From positions 102,527-166,526 of the forward strand of contig JBHLRP010000002.1 of NCBI GenBank assembly GCA_048882485.1: a stretch of DNA of 64,000 bases. The letters are read 5' to 3'. The translations under genes and the position numbers were made by a program. The DNA comes from Candidatus Thorarchaeota archaeon. GTDB lineage: Archaea > Asgardarchaeota > Thorarchaeia > Thorarchaeales > Thorarchaeaceae. The stretch's first letter is position 1. Each line of letters starts with the position of its first letter. This document shows, in pieces, positions 49,075-57,851 of this stretch. A model generated the notes under the pieces. The model was not told the DNA's origin and did no database searches. It was given only the letters and a program-made list of their open reading frames with translations.

Positions 49075-49911
49075 GTGAGCCGAGTCGAAAAGCATAATCC
49101 TCTGAAGAGTGGCGTAATCGCTCAGAAGCGTGCTGCACTGAAGGGAGAAACCTCTGGTAGGATGACAGAGATCAAAGAGCTGACCTTTGACACGGTTCGT
49201 GAAGATGCGATACAATTTGGTCTTGCGACTGATGTCATCTACCAGATCAACGCTGGAAAGGAAGCCTCAATCTTCCTTGCTCAATGGAGAGGACACCATA
49301 TAATCCTGAAAGCCTACCGGCTATGGCAATCCTCTCACAAGATGTCAAAGAAGAAGGGATACATTGCTCAGGGCACAGGCAAGAGGACATACTTCATCCT
49401 TGGAATGATGGAGGATTTAGCTGTCATGGAGTACGACTACCTCATGAACTGCTTCAGAGCAGGGGTTCACGTTCCCACTCCCATTGGTCGAGTTGGAAAC
49501 TACCTCACAATGAGATTCATCGGCGATGGGACTCAGCCTGCTCCCCAACTCAAAGACGTCCATCTTGAGAATCCTGAAACCGTTCTTAATCAGATACTGG
49601 ACGACTATCTCCTAATGTATAGTAAAGCCCACTATGTCCACGGAGACCTCAGCAAGTACAATATACTCTGGTGGCAAGACCGCCCTTGGATTATCGATGT
49701 TCCGCAAGCGGTCATCGTCAACAAGTGGTCTGATATGCTGATGGTTGAGAAGTTGCTCATGAGGGATATCAAGAATGTTCTAAGTCATTTCGAGAGCTAC
49801 GACATTCATCGAGATCCAGATCATATCCTCGAGGTCTTCCTATCGGAGTATGTTCCTGAGAATCTGAAGAACTACAGAGAACTCGAGTCTGAAGGTATTG
49901 AGTTGCTGTAG
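49075..49911 (+). CDS. RIO-family atypical protein kinase
   Basis: INAGKEASIF, KAYR, GVHVPTP, HGDLSKYNIL, IIDVPQA, RDIKN. Confidence 0.9.
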   Translation: MSRVEKHNPLKSGVIAQKRAALKGETSGRMTEIKELTFDTVREDAIQFGLATDVIYQINAGKEASIFLAQWRGHHIILKAYRLWQSSHKMSKKKGYIAQGTGKRTYFILGMMEDLAVMEYDYLMNCFRAGVHVPTPIGRVGNYLTMRFIGDGTQPAPQLKDVHLENPETVLNQILDDYLLMYSKAHYVHGDLSKYNILWWQDRPWIIDVPQAVIVNKWSDMLMVEKLLMRDIKNVLSHFESYDIHRDPDHILEVFLSEYVPENLKNYRELESEGIELL

Positions 49912-49928
49912 AGAGAGGAGGTGGCTGC

Positions 49929-50741
49929 TTGAGTCCTGGAGTGGTTGAGAAGTTCAATCCCAAGAAAACCAGCGCACTGACATCGCAGCGCAGCTTGGAG
50001 CGTGGTCATCGAAGAGGCAGGCATGTGCCTATTCATGAGATAACTCTAGAGGCGGTTCGAAAGAACGCCATCCAGTTTGGACTCGCCACTGATCTCCTCT
50101 ACCAGGTCAGTGCAGGAAAGGAGGCTTCAATTTTCCTTGCCCTGTGGAACGGGCACCCCCTTATTTTGAAGGCCTACAGGTATTGGACGTCAGCTCAAGC
50201 GCGGAAGAAGAAGGGGTACTTTGCACCAACACAGATGGAGGCATTGGCTGCAAAAGAGTTCGACATTCTAAGCCTTTGCTATAAAGCAGGGGTTCATGTC
50301 CCAACACCAGTTGGCAGGGTTGGTAACTATGTCACGATGCGATTCATTGGAGATGGCATAGATACAGCCCCACAACTTCGTGATGCTACACTTGAAGACC
50401 CCGAAGAAGCATTGGACCAGATTCTCGATGACTACTTCTTGATGTATACAAAAGTGCATTATATTCATGGAGACCTCAGCAAATACAACATTCTTTGGTG
50501 GCAGGGACGAGCCTGGATTATTGATGTTCCTCAGGCATATCGTGTCGATGCTTGGGCTAATATGGAACAGGTAGAAACGCTGCTTTCGAGAGACATTCGC
50601 AACGTTCTATCGTATTTCAAGAGATACGGCATACGAAGAGATGCCGATTATATTGCGGAGCAATTCATCTCAGAGTACACACCCCATAACCTACGGAATT
50701 TTCAAGAATCCGTCGGCACGCCTTTATGGCGTAGAAGGTGA
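49929..50741 (+). CDS. RIO-family atypical protein kinase (tandem paralog)
   Basis: VSAGKEASIF, HGDLSKYNIL, IIDVPQA, RDIRN. Confidence 0.9.
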   Translation: MSPGVVEKFNPKKTSALTSQRSLERGHRRGRHVPIHEITLEAVRKNAIQFGLATDLLYQVSAGKEASIFLALWNGHPLILKAYRYWTSAQARKKKGYFAPTQMEALAAKEFDILSLCYKAGVHVPTPVGRVGNYVTMRFIGDGIDTAPQLRDATLEDPEEALDQILDDYFLMYTKVHYIHGDLSKYNILWWQGRAWIIDVPQAYRVDAWANMEQVETLLSRDIRNVLSYFKRYGIRRDADYIAEQFISEYTPHNLRNFQESVGTPLWRRR

Positions 50742-50844
50742 ACCATTCCAGGCAATGAAAGTACAAGTTCTATACTCTCAGACTGTGCCCTATTGTCATT
50801 GTTTCACATCCCAAGGTTATTAGGAAACACCAATACATTACGAT

Positions 50845-51069
50845 ATGACAGACAGTGCTGACAAGTGGGTGGTCGTCAACGGACGAGTCTTCAGACTCGA
50901 GCGTGTTGTTGATGAGGTCAGCACCGCGCTCCTTCTTCAGAGGACTCTTTCCGTACAATGTGACGTCCATCTGAAGCGTACCGATGATGGAAGGTGGGCT
51001 ATTTATTGGAGATCCAAGAAGGATAGCATCGAGTGTACACCAAGAGTTATGGTAAGTCCTGTGGAATGA
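50845..51069 (+). CDS. Small hypothetical protein
   Basis: 74-aa ATG ORF filling the gap, with a plausible globular composition. Confidence 0.5.
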   Translation: MTDSADKWVVVNGRVFRLERVVDEVSTALLLQRTLSVQCDVHLKRTDDGRWAIYWRSKKDSIECTPRVMVSPVE

Positions 51070-51109
51070 AAAACAAAAAGAAAGTATGTTCGGAGTGGAG
51101 TCCACTCCG
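51069..51109 (-). terminator. Palindrome plus T-tract terminator
   Basis: CGGAGTGGA-N-TCCACTCCG (51091-51109), followed on the minus strand by AACATACTTTCTTTTTGTTTTT. Confidence 0.65.
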
Positions 51110-51175
51110 CGTTCATTTGGGTAGATAGCTTCTCTCCGGTCCAATGAAAGAGGGAAACAAATCTGGCGATCCTTA

Positions 51176-51592
51176 CTAGTCTACCTTGCGCAGCACAACC
51201 CTAGATACACCAGGTATCTTCCTGAGGCTCTCCTCAAGCTCCTTCAGTGTAACGACGAGCTGATCCGGTACAAAGTAACACTCGTAGTAGCATTTTTCGC
51301 CCCTGAGACAAACGCCAGTCGTGAATATGATGTCACTAAGCTTGGCATCGTTGAAAGCGAAGTTCAGCTGCTTCAAGAAGTTCCTTGATAGATCACTGAT
51401 TTCAATTCGAAGCAGGTAAATATCATCGCTAGAAACCGGAAAGATCTTCATAACCCTGTCCTTGTGATGCAACACAGTCAGAGCCGCTCGCTCCCCAATA
51501 TCGGCGACAAAATCTTGAGGAAATTCTACGGGCTTCCCCTCAGTGAAGTGAAGTATGATTGCGCTTGTTGCTCCCTCACGGTCTATAGTCAC
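51176..51592 (-). CDS. Hypothetical protein with probable C-terminal ACT-like domain
   Basis: beta-alpha-beta-beta-alpha-beta pattern ending LEESLRKIPGVSRV. Confidence 0.6.
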   Translation of the reverse strand: MTIDREGATSAIILHFTEGKPVEFPQDFVADIGERAALTVLHHKDRVMKIFPVSSDDIYLLRIEISDLSRNFLKQLNFAFNDAKLSDIIFTTGVCLRGEKCYYECYFVPDQLVVTLKELEESLRKIPGVSRVVLRKVD

Positions 51593-51782
51593 GGTCTTTT
51601 ACACGTCCTTTCAGGGTGTAGTACTCGGTGACATGACGTTCTCTCTTTATTAAAGATTCTGTCGTAAATGCCCGCGAATCAGGCCCGCTTTGTTTAGAGA
51701 AGTGATTGTCCATTTCGTCGAAAAATGGGACACAAATCTATAATTACAGGGGTGTTGAAGGCAAAATTGGAGTCTGCTTTCC

Positions 51783-52496
51783 GTGAATCCACGTTTATCT
51801 CAATTTCTAGGTATCATTTTTCTCGTCATATGTCTTGCAATGTCCTATATCGTATACCAATCTACCGTTCAGGTTGGTGGAGATTTGGAGACGCTTATTA
51901 CGTCGGGCATTATCGCATGGGGAATCCTTGGTTTGCCTGAATTGGCAATCGGACTTTGGCTCATCGTAAAGGGAACTCGAGATGCACGTGTAGGTGACAT
52001 CTCTGGGAAGATTATTCCTCTTATACAGAAAGAAGGTCGAATTGGTGTGGCTGAAGCTGCAAAAGCGCTAGATGTAGGCCCCGCAGATGTCGCGGATGCC
52101 GTAGAGAAGCTAGCACGTAGACGTCTACCTCTCGTCTATCTAGATAGAGGGAAGAATGAGATTGTCAGTCCGTCTGCAGTATCCCTCGAAGAGAGTCTAC
52201 TGCACCTGTTGCATGCACAGAGGCGAATGACTTTCGACCAAATCTCGAACGTTGCAAATGCAACCGATGATCAAATTGTTGAAGCTCTTGAACAGCTATC
52301 CAGTAAGGGCAGATTTAGGGGCACTATCGATAAGAATTCTCGAGTGGTCTATACATCGGAAGCAGTTGAGCAGCTGCCTAAGGCTGTTACTGCATGTCCA
52401 AATTGCGGTGGGCGACTTCCCGCTCCTATACTTCCTGGAGAAGAGGAATACTGCCCATTCTGCGGACATTCCATTGTCAACCGCTTGGAAACCTAA
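51783..52496 (+). CDS. Membrane-anchored protein with tandem winged-helix (PCI-like) domains and C-terminal zinc ribbon
   Basis: 2 TM; two WH-like repeats, the second ending GRFRGTID...RVV; CPNCGG...CPFCG. Confidence 0.72.
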   Translation: MNPRLSQFLGIIFLVICLAMSYIVYQSTVQVGGDLETLITSGIIAWGILGLPELAIGLWLIVKGTRDARVGDISGKIIPLIQKEGRIGVAEAAKALDVGPADVADAVEKLARRRLPLVYLDRGKNEIVSPSAVSLEESLLHLLHAQRRMTFDQISNVANATDDQIVEALEQLSSKGRFRGTIDKNSRVVYTSEAVEQLPKAVTACPNCGGRLPAPILPGEEEYCPFCGHSIVNRLET

Positions 52497-52506
52497 TGCC
52501 GTGGTC

Positions 52507-53637
52507 TTATCTGTCCATATATGTCTCCCAGATGTCTAGAATATCACCATCAGAGGTTGCATAAAACCTACTCGAGAGATTTGCTGCAAGGCATGAGTGG
52601 TTCGGCAGGATACTCACACGGTCTCCAGGAACGAGGCCTTTCAATGGAGACCCCTTGGCTATCTTCACTTTCCCATGTTCTTGAGAGAGTCCTGTTATGT
52701 CAGTGTTTTCTGCAAAGTCCCCTTCATGGTAATCGGAAATGACTTTCCCAAATCCACAATTCGGGAAGAGGTGCGTAGGTCCGGGATCCAATGAGAGTGC
52801 TGTTGCACCTGCATCGAGAATGATACGGTTTGGATATGCGCTTATGACACTCGAAAGGACTGACAGTGCGCAGTCGTAGGGCTTGCAAACACCTAGTGCC
52901 ACTTGTGTATAGTCGAAGAAGACATAGCTACCTGGACGAACTTCTGTTATACCCTTCTTGATGGAGTCAGTCAACATCATGGTGGGAGTTGAGCCGATGC
53001 TGACAATCTTTGGTGTAAGTGCTTTACTCCTTTTTCTCAAATCTCTGGCGAACTTGAGCATGACATTCTGTTCTTCCTCAGCGATAGCTTTGATTTCATC
53101 AATCGACCTGGCATAATAGGAATGGCCGCTATGGGTGAGGATTCCAGCGAAGTTCAGTCCTCGCGCCTTGTGGATTTTCTCAGCAAGAGCTAGGGAGCCC
53201 TTCCTCGTGGGATCTACACCACTTCGATGATAGCTGCAATCCACTTTGAGAAGTACATCTAGATCCTCCTTGGCTTTCCTGAATCTCGTCCTTAGTTCTT
53301 TGAGTGCAGCAGGATGGTCGATAATCACCCTAAATTTGACCTTGATGGCAAGTTTAGCGACGGAATTCATCTTGTCGGGGGCAAGGGGAACTGCCAACGT
53401 TATGTCATCAAATCCATTCTCTGCAAAGAACATTGCTTCGCCCATTGTTGATACTGTGATGCCCGACGCTCCATAGTTCCTTTGAATCTCCGCAATCTCA
53501 ACACATTTGTGTGTCTTGACATGCGGTCTCAGAGCTACTTGATGTTCGCGTGCCTTATTTGCCATATTCTTGATGTTTTGGACGAGTCTGTCATAGTCAA
53601 CCAAGGTCGCAGGCGTTATCAGATCATCAACGCGCAT
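52507..53637 (-). CDS. PLP-dependent D-threonine aldolase / D-serine dehydratase (alanine racemase fold)
   Basis: TPA.LVD, LRPHVKTHK, GSTPT, EVRPGSYVFFD, LSQEHG, ILPNHSC. Confidence 0.88.
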   Translation of the reverse strand: MRVDDLITPATLVDYDRLVQNIKNMANKAREHQVALRPHVKTHKCVEIAEIQRNYGASGITVSTMGEAMFFAENGFDDITLAVPLAPDKMNSVAKLAIKVKFRVIIDHPAALKELRTRFRKAKEDLDVLLKVDCSYHRSGVDPTRKGSLALAEKIHKARGLNFAGILTHSGHSYYARSIDEIKAIAEEEQNVMLKFARDLRKRSKALTPKIVSIGSTPTMMLTDSIKKGITEVRPGSYVFFDYTQVALGVCKPYDCALSVLSSVISAYPNRIILDAGATALSLDPGPTHLFPNCGFGKVISDYHEGDFAENTDITGLSQEHGKVKIAKGSPLKGLVPGDRVSILPNHSCLAANLSSRFYATSDGDILDIWETYMDR

Positions 53638-53684
53638 GTCTTTTCCGAAGCAAAGGACCCTCAAAACCGTTGCTGTGCTGTCCC

Positions 53685-55106
53685 CTAAGTTATGCCATGT
53701 TGGTCGCCGCGGATTCTTCTTCTCAAACCAAGCCTTGCCTCATCTACCTTTGAAGCAATGCGACTCTTCTTGGGCCAATACTCCTTGATCTCCTCATATC
53801 CTTGGACATCCCAATACAATGGACAAGCTCCCAAGCAATAATCGAAATGAATACAGACCTTGCAGCCCTCAGCCGCAAAGTCTTTGCTCCTCCAGAATCT
53901 AGAGGCTCGATTGTTCCACACTCTCTCAAAGGATTCTTCTAGGAGATTGCCAACGGGGTCGCTGAAGCTCGAGCAAGGAAGAAGCCCGCCCTCGGGATCA
54001 ACGGACAGTAAGCCATCACATGCGGCACAACTCTTTGCGCCCAGGCCCAGCGCAATAGGATTGAAAATGCATACTGGTGTAGGAGCATACCATACGAATT
54101 GCACTCCCTTCTTGTTTGCTCTCTTCTTCACTCCCTTCACAATCTCGCCAATGTCTTCATACTTGACCTGCAACTCGTCTCTCAACTTCGCGGCAGTGCC
54201 AGTATAGATGACCATGTTCATGCTGAAATAACTCAGTTCCAATTCATCGGCGATGAAATTAACCAGTTCTTCAAGTTTGTCAACATTAGGTCGACAGATT
54301 GTTGTATTGCAGTGAGTATAGATGTTCGTTTCTTTGAGGTTCTTGATTCCTTGAACTGTTTGCTCAAAGGATCCAGGCGCGCCTGCAATTTGGTCATGCG
54401 TCTTTGCATCAGGACCCTCGATTGATACCTGGGCACTGTTTAAATCCGCCTGGACTAGTCGTTCAACGAATTCTGGGTTTGCACATCGTCGGCCATTCGT
54501 GATGAGATTAACACGGAGTCCCTTTTCTCGGGCATAAGCTATCAGCTCAAATATGTCCTCGCGTAGAGTTGGCTCACCTCCGGTGAAAGAAAGACTTGGA
54601 ACGTGGGCCTTGTCAACAATGGTGTCAATAATTCGCTTCACTTCGTCTGTGGTCATCTCTTTGGTTTCTCGATGCGGGGAGAATGCATAGCAGAATTGAC
54701 ATTCATTGTTACATCGATAAGTTAGTGCTATCTCGCTTAATACAGGATATTTGATATCTCCTTCCCCAAAGGGCACAATTCTGGCGGTCTTGTATGAGTA
54801 GATGTTCTGATTTCCCATTACCATGCTCCGTAGGTCATCAACAAAGGCGGCTAGATCATTGAGCACTTGTTGTTCATCAGCTTCAAAGTTATTCACAAAG
54901 TAGTCTCTAACCTCTTTTGCTGTTGCACCATCAAGCAGCTTACGTAACATTGCAGTCCCAGTTTCGTTGAGGTGCATGACCTTGTTAGGACGCAATATCA
55001 AGAGGTTATCTTGTGGTCTTACGAAGAAGTAATCCTTGACCTCATGCATGAAATTGGCTATCCAGCTGAGCTCCTCCAATGTGTAGTCATACTGTGGCTG
55101 ATGCAT
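53685..55106 (-). CDS. Radical SAM enzyme with N-terminal PqqD/RRE domain and C-terminal SPASM domain (peptide maturase type)
   Basis: RRE-like N-terminus (three short strands, HLNETG..ML..L, helices ending DL..FV..L); CNNECQFC; FTGGEP; SPASM C..C...VDPEG.LLPC....VGNL and CKVC-x5-C-x3-C. Confidence 0.9.
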   Translation of the reverse strand: MHQPQYDYTLEELSWIANFMHEVKDYFFVRPQDNLLILRPNKVMHLNETGTAMLRKLLDGATAKEVRDYFVNNFEADEQQVLNDLAAFVDDLRSMVMGNQNIYSYKTARIVPFGEGDIKYPVLSEIALTYRCNNECQFCYAFSPHRETKEMTTDEVKRIIDTIVDKAHVPSLSFTGGEPTLREDIFELIAYAREKGLRVNLITNGRRCANPEFVERLVQADLNSAQVSIEGPDAKTHDQIAGAPGSFEQTVQGIKNLKETNIYTHCNTTICRPNVDKLEELVNFIADELELSYFSMNMVIYTGTAAKLRDELQVKYEDIGEIVKGVKKRANKKGVQFVWYAPTPVCIFNPIALGLGAKSCAACDGLLSVDPEGGLLPCSSFSDPVGNLLEESFERVWNNRASRFWRSKDFAAEGCKVCIHFDYCLGACPLYWDVQGYEEIKEYWPKKSRIASKVDEARLGLRRRIRGDQHGIT

Positions 55107-55215
55107 CGTTCGTGAGGGCTTAGCTGGAGGTGTCTTAAGGATTCGCCTACAACCTGAAAGGCTTATCAGCCTCCATATACGAGTACAGGCAAGACACGAT
55201 GAAGGAGTGTGTCAT

Positions 55216-55608
55216 ATGAGTTCCGAGATAAAATTGCCATATGGAACAATCAGCAAGAAGAAGCTGATTATGCATTTCAGCGCCTTTGATATCGATTTGC
55301 CAGTGATTGCTGCTGGAATCAGAGAGAGGATGGATGTTCTGCGAGAGCTTGAGGTTGCTTTCGCAGGATTTGGAACTGAGATACCAGCAGAGATGACTGA
55401 GCAGACACCAGCCACGGTAAAGGCATTCTTTGAGTATGTGGGAAAGGGGACCGACGCTGATGTCATCCTCAAGCGCGTGTACCATCTCGTTTGGGGCGGC
55501 ATGATTATGGAGTTTCCAGATCTTGACGAATGGGCGGCAGCCAAGGCGGACCTATCGAATTTAACGATTGCACAAGCAGATGTACTGCGTGCGCAGCGTG
55601 GTGAATAA
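55216..55608 (+). CDS. Hypothetical protein (about 130 aa)
   Basis: Clean ORF, divergent from the radical SAM gene across about 100 bp; no recognised motif. Confidence 0.7.
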   Translation: MSSEIKLPYGTISKKKLIMHFSAFDIDLPVIAAGIRERMDVLRELEVAFAGFGTEIPAEMTEQTPATVKAFFEYVGKGTDADVILKRVYHLVWGGMIMEFPDLDEWAAAKADLSNLTIAQADVLRAQRGE

Positions 55609-55691
55609 TGGAGAACCCTTTGTGATGTGTTTAGTTGGAATTTCTAGCCAAAATGAATTGAATATGGGGACCGCTTGGAGTTGTTAATCAA

Positions 55692-57851
55692 TTGAAGCGC
55701 AACTTAACCCTGATGTTTACAATGGGTTTCATCCTTCTAGTCTTTGCTCCTGTATCCGTCAGTGGGACGACAATTAGCCAAAGCCCTGTTATCAACCTCG
55801 ATAGCGTTTTCGTGGATGCGGTAGTTCTACCAAATGGCCGAATAAACGTCACATATTGGATAACCATATCCGTAATTGAGAATTCCCTGGGCGGATTCGA
55901 TTTAGCGGGGATTCAAGAAACCACAATCTATGATTCCGATCGCGCGTACGCTGAGGTGGACGGAAACCGCTACAATCTGGTCGTTGGACAGCTCTCAAAT
56001 GGCTACGCTCTAGACTGGACTCCCAGGACTCAAGCTGGAGAAACAGTCACAGTAGTATTTGGGTATTTCAGTACAAACAGGGTTCTAGAGATGACAACTG
56101 GAACATTTACTCTTGAGGGCTCTGGTCTGCAAGTTACCGGTGATTTGGCTGTTTTCAACTGGGCTCCAGTACAGTGGAGTGTGCCTCTTGATTATGAGAA
56201 TGTGAGAGTAATTTATCCTATTGAAATGCAGGCTTCATGGATTACCGGGGAAGGTGGAATCACCTCAGAGGGAGCAGATTATGCGGGCTATGTTGTGGAT
56301 AGCCGTCAGAGGCTTGAAGACAACTTTGGCAGCTTCTTTCCCTTCGATGAGGAGAACCTTCTTGCCTATCCCTCGTCGGCTTCCGCTGACCCTCGATACT
56401 TCAGCGTTAGTCTAGGACATTCTAATTTGGGCTCCTATGACCACTTCCGTGTATTTCATTATACCAATTGGAGCTTCTATGCTCCGTATCTCGAACCGGG
56501 CGCCCTAGACTATAACACTCCGGAGAATTTCAATGCAGATGCGAACACGGAATTCTCAATTGGTGTGGATGTATTCAATATCGGAGACGCCCCACTCAAC
56601 GATGTCACAGTAACACTCTCTGTGCCAGACAATCTCACTTTGACTTCTGGCCAGGTCTCTACTTATATTGGAACACTCGATGGCGGAGAGAACTCTCATT
56701 TGACTTACCATTTCATCCCCGATAACTTGCCAGAGATTCTTCCCCTCACGTTTCAAATCTCATCATCCAGTCTTAATACAAGTGACTGGGTAACATTTAC
56801 AGTCAACATCTATGTGCGGGAAGTTATTCCTCCCTTGATACCTCCGAATCTCCTGATTTGGGGATCTGCTGGAATAGCGGCCATAGCTGTTGTTTCTTTT
56901 GGCTATCGTCGAATAATGGGTGGATATGGAGCAACATGGGAGGTTGATGAAACAACAAAGGTGTATCAGAGCCCGGAGATTGCCATCCAGACTTTAGGCA
57001 CACCAGGAACTGTTGCAGATCTTGATCCTGTTGAGAGCGCATTCTTTGTCAATACAAATCGCAAGAAACTGGTGTCAATGATTCTCATGTCCTGTGTGAA
57101 AAAAGGTGCAGTAAGGGTGATTTCAACGGACCCCTTACGCCTATCAGATACGGGCCTGAGGTTCGAGGACCCTACTTACTATGAACAGATGTTTGTCGCC
57201 TCTATTAGCAACAATGAGCTTGACCCCGACAGGATTGATGACATGCTGGAAGAACTAGCTGAGAAGGTGCAAGAGAAGTCTTGGGATGCGGACTTCGAGG
57301 CTACTAAGACCCATCATGAGGAGATGGTCGATGGGGCCTGGGAAGACCTGGAAAGTGATCCAACACTTGATGGGCGTGTTGATTACTATTTCAATCGGAG
57401 GTATCACGACACTTGGGCTTGGTATTGGTTCTACATGCATCCTCATCATAACCGAAGAATCAGCCAAGTGTTCACACCTCCAGGGGGGACAATCGCTCCT
57501 CCAAGGGTACCTGATTGGTTTGGTCAGATTGCTGAGGCTGCTGGCCATTCAATTGGCGAAGTTGGACGTGTGGTTGGAGATGTAGCTTCAACCACGGGCC
57601 AAATCATGACGAATGTAACAAACACCATTGGAGATGTCCTTTCGGGAGTTGGTAACATCATCCGAGAACCGCTGAAACCTATCTTGGAGGAGACCAGTCG
57701 TTGCGTGTCTCATGATGCCTGCCACTCTGCATGCGTTTCGCACGATGCATGTCATAGTGCCTGTCACAGCGCATGCCATAGTGCTTGTGTATGCCATAGC
57801 GCCTGTCATAGTGCATGCCACAGTGCATGTGTTTCTGGAGGATTTAGATAA
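55692..57851 (+). CDS. Single-pass membrane protein (DUF2207-like ectodomain + Ig-like domain) with C-terminal Cys-His-Ser-Ala repeat tail; candidate radical SAM substrate
   Basis: Signal peptide, beta-rich ectodomain, Ig-like segment (VFNIGDAPLNDVTVTLSVP), TM at about 56850-56905 followed by RR, about 310-aa C-terminal domain ending in the Cys/His repeats. Confidence 0.85.
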   Translation: MKRNLTLMFTMGFILLVFAPVSVSGTTISQSPVINLDSVFVDAVVLPNGRINVTYWITISVIENSLGGFDLAGIQETTIYDSDRAYAEVDGNRYNLVVGQLSNGYALDWTPRTQAGETVTVVFGYFSTNRVLEMTTGTFTLEGSGLQVTGDLAVFNWAPVQWSVPLDYENVRVIYPIEMQASWITGEGGITSEGADYAGYVVDSRQRLEDNFGSFFPFDEENLLAYPSSASADPRYFSVSLGHSNLGSYDHFRVFHYTNWSFYAPYLEPGALDYNTPENFNADANTEFSIGVDVFNIGDAPLNDVTVTLSVPDNLTLTSGQVSTYIGTLDGGENSHLTYHFIPDNLPEILPLTFQISSSSLNTSDWVTFTVNIYVREVIPPLIPPNLLIWGSAGIAAIAVVSFGYRRIMGGYGATWEVDETTKVYQSPEIAIQTLGTPGTVADLDPVESAFFVNTNRKKLVSMILMSCVKKGAVRVISTDPLRLSDTGLRFEDPTYYEQMFVASISNNELDPDRIDDMLEELAEKVQEKSWDADFEATKTHHEEMVDGAWEDLESDPTLDGRVDYYFNRRYHDTWAWYWFYMHPHHNRRISQVFTPPGGTIAPPRVPDWFGQIAEAAGHSIGEVGRVVGDVASTTGQIMTNVTNTIGDVLSGVGNIIREPLKPILEETSRCVSHDACHSACVSHDACHSACHSACHSACVCHSACHSACHSACVSGGFR
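57702..57848 (+). repeat. In-frame Cys-rich peptide repeat: 7x CHSA and 2x CVSHDA, ending CVSGGFR
   Basis: CVSHDA CHSA CVSHDA CHSA CHSA CHSA CV CHSA CHSA CHSA CVSGGFR; 11 Cys and 9 His in 49 aa. Confidence 0.95.

Noticed and set aside
57702-57848. Multiheme cytochrome c or CRISPR-like repeat
   Set aside because: Spacing is C-x3-C-H with shared Cys residues rather than discrete CxxCH, and the tail is predicted cytoplasmic. The 12-bp DNA units are degenerate, in frame and have no spacers.
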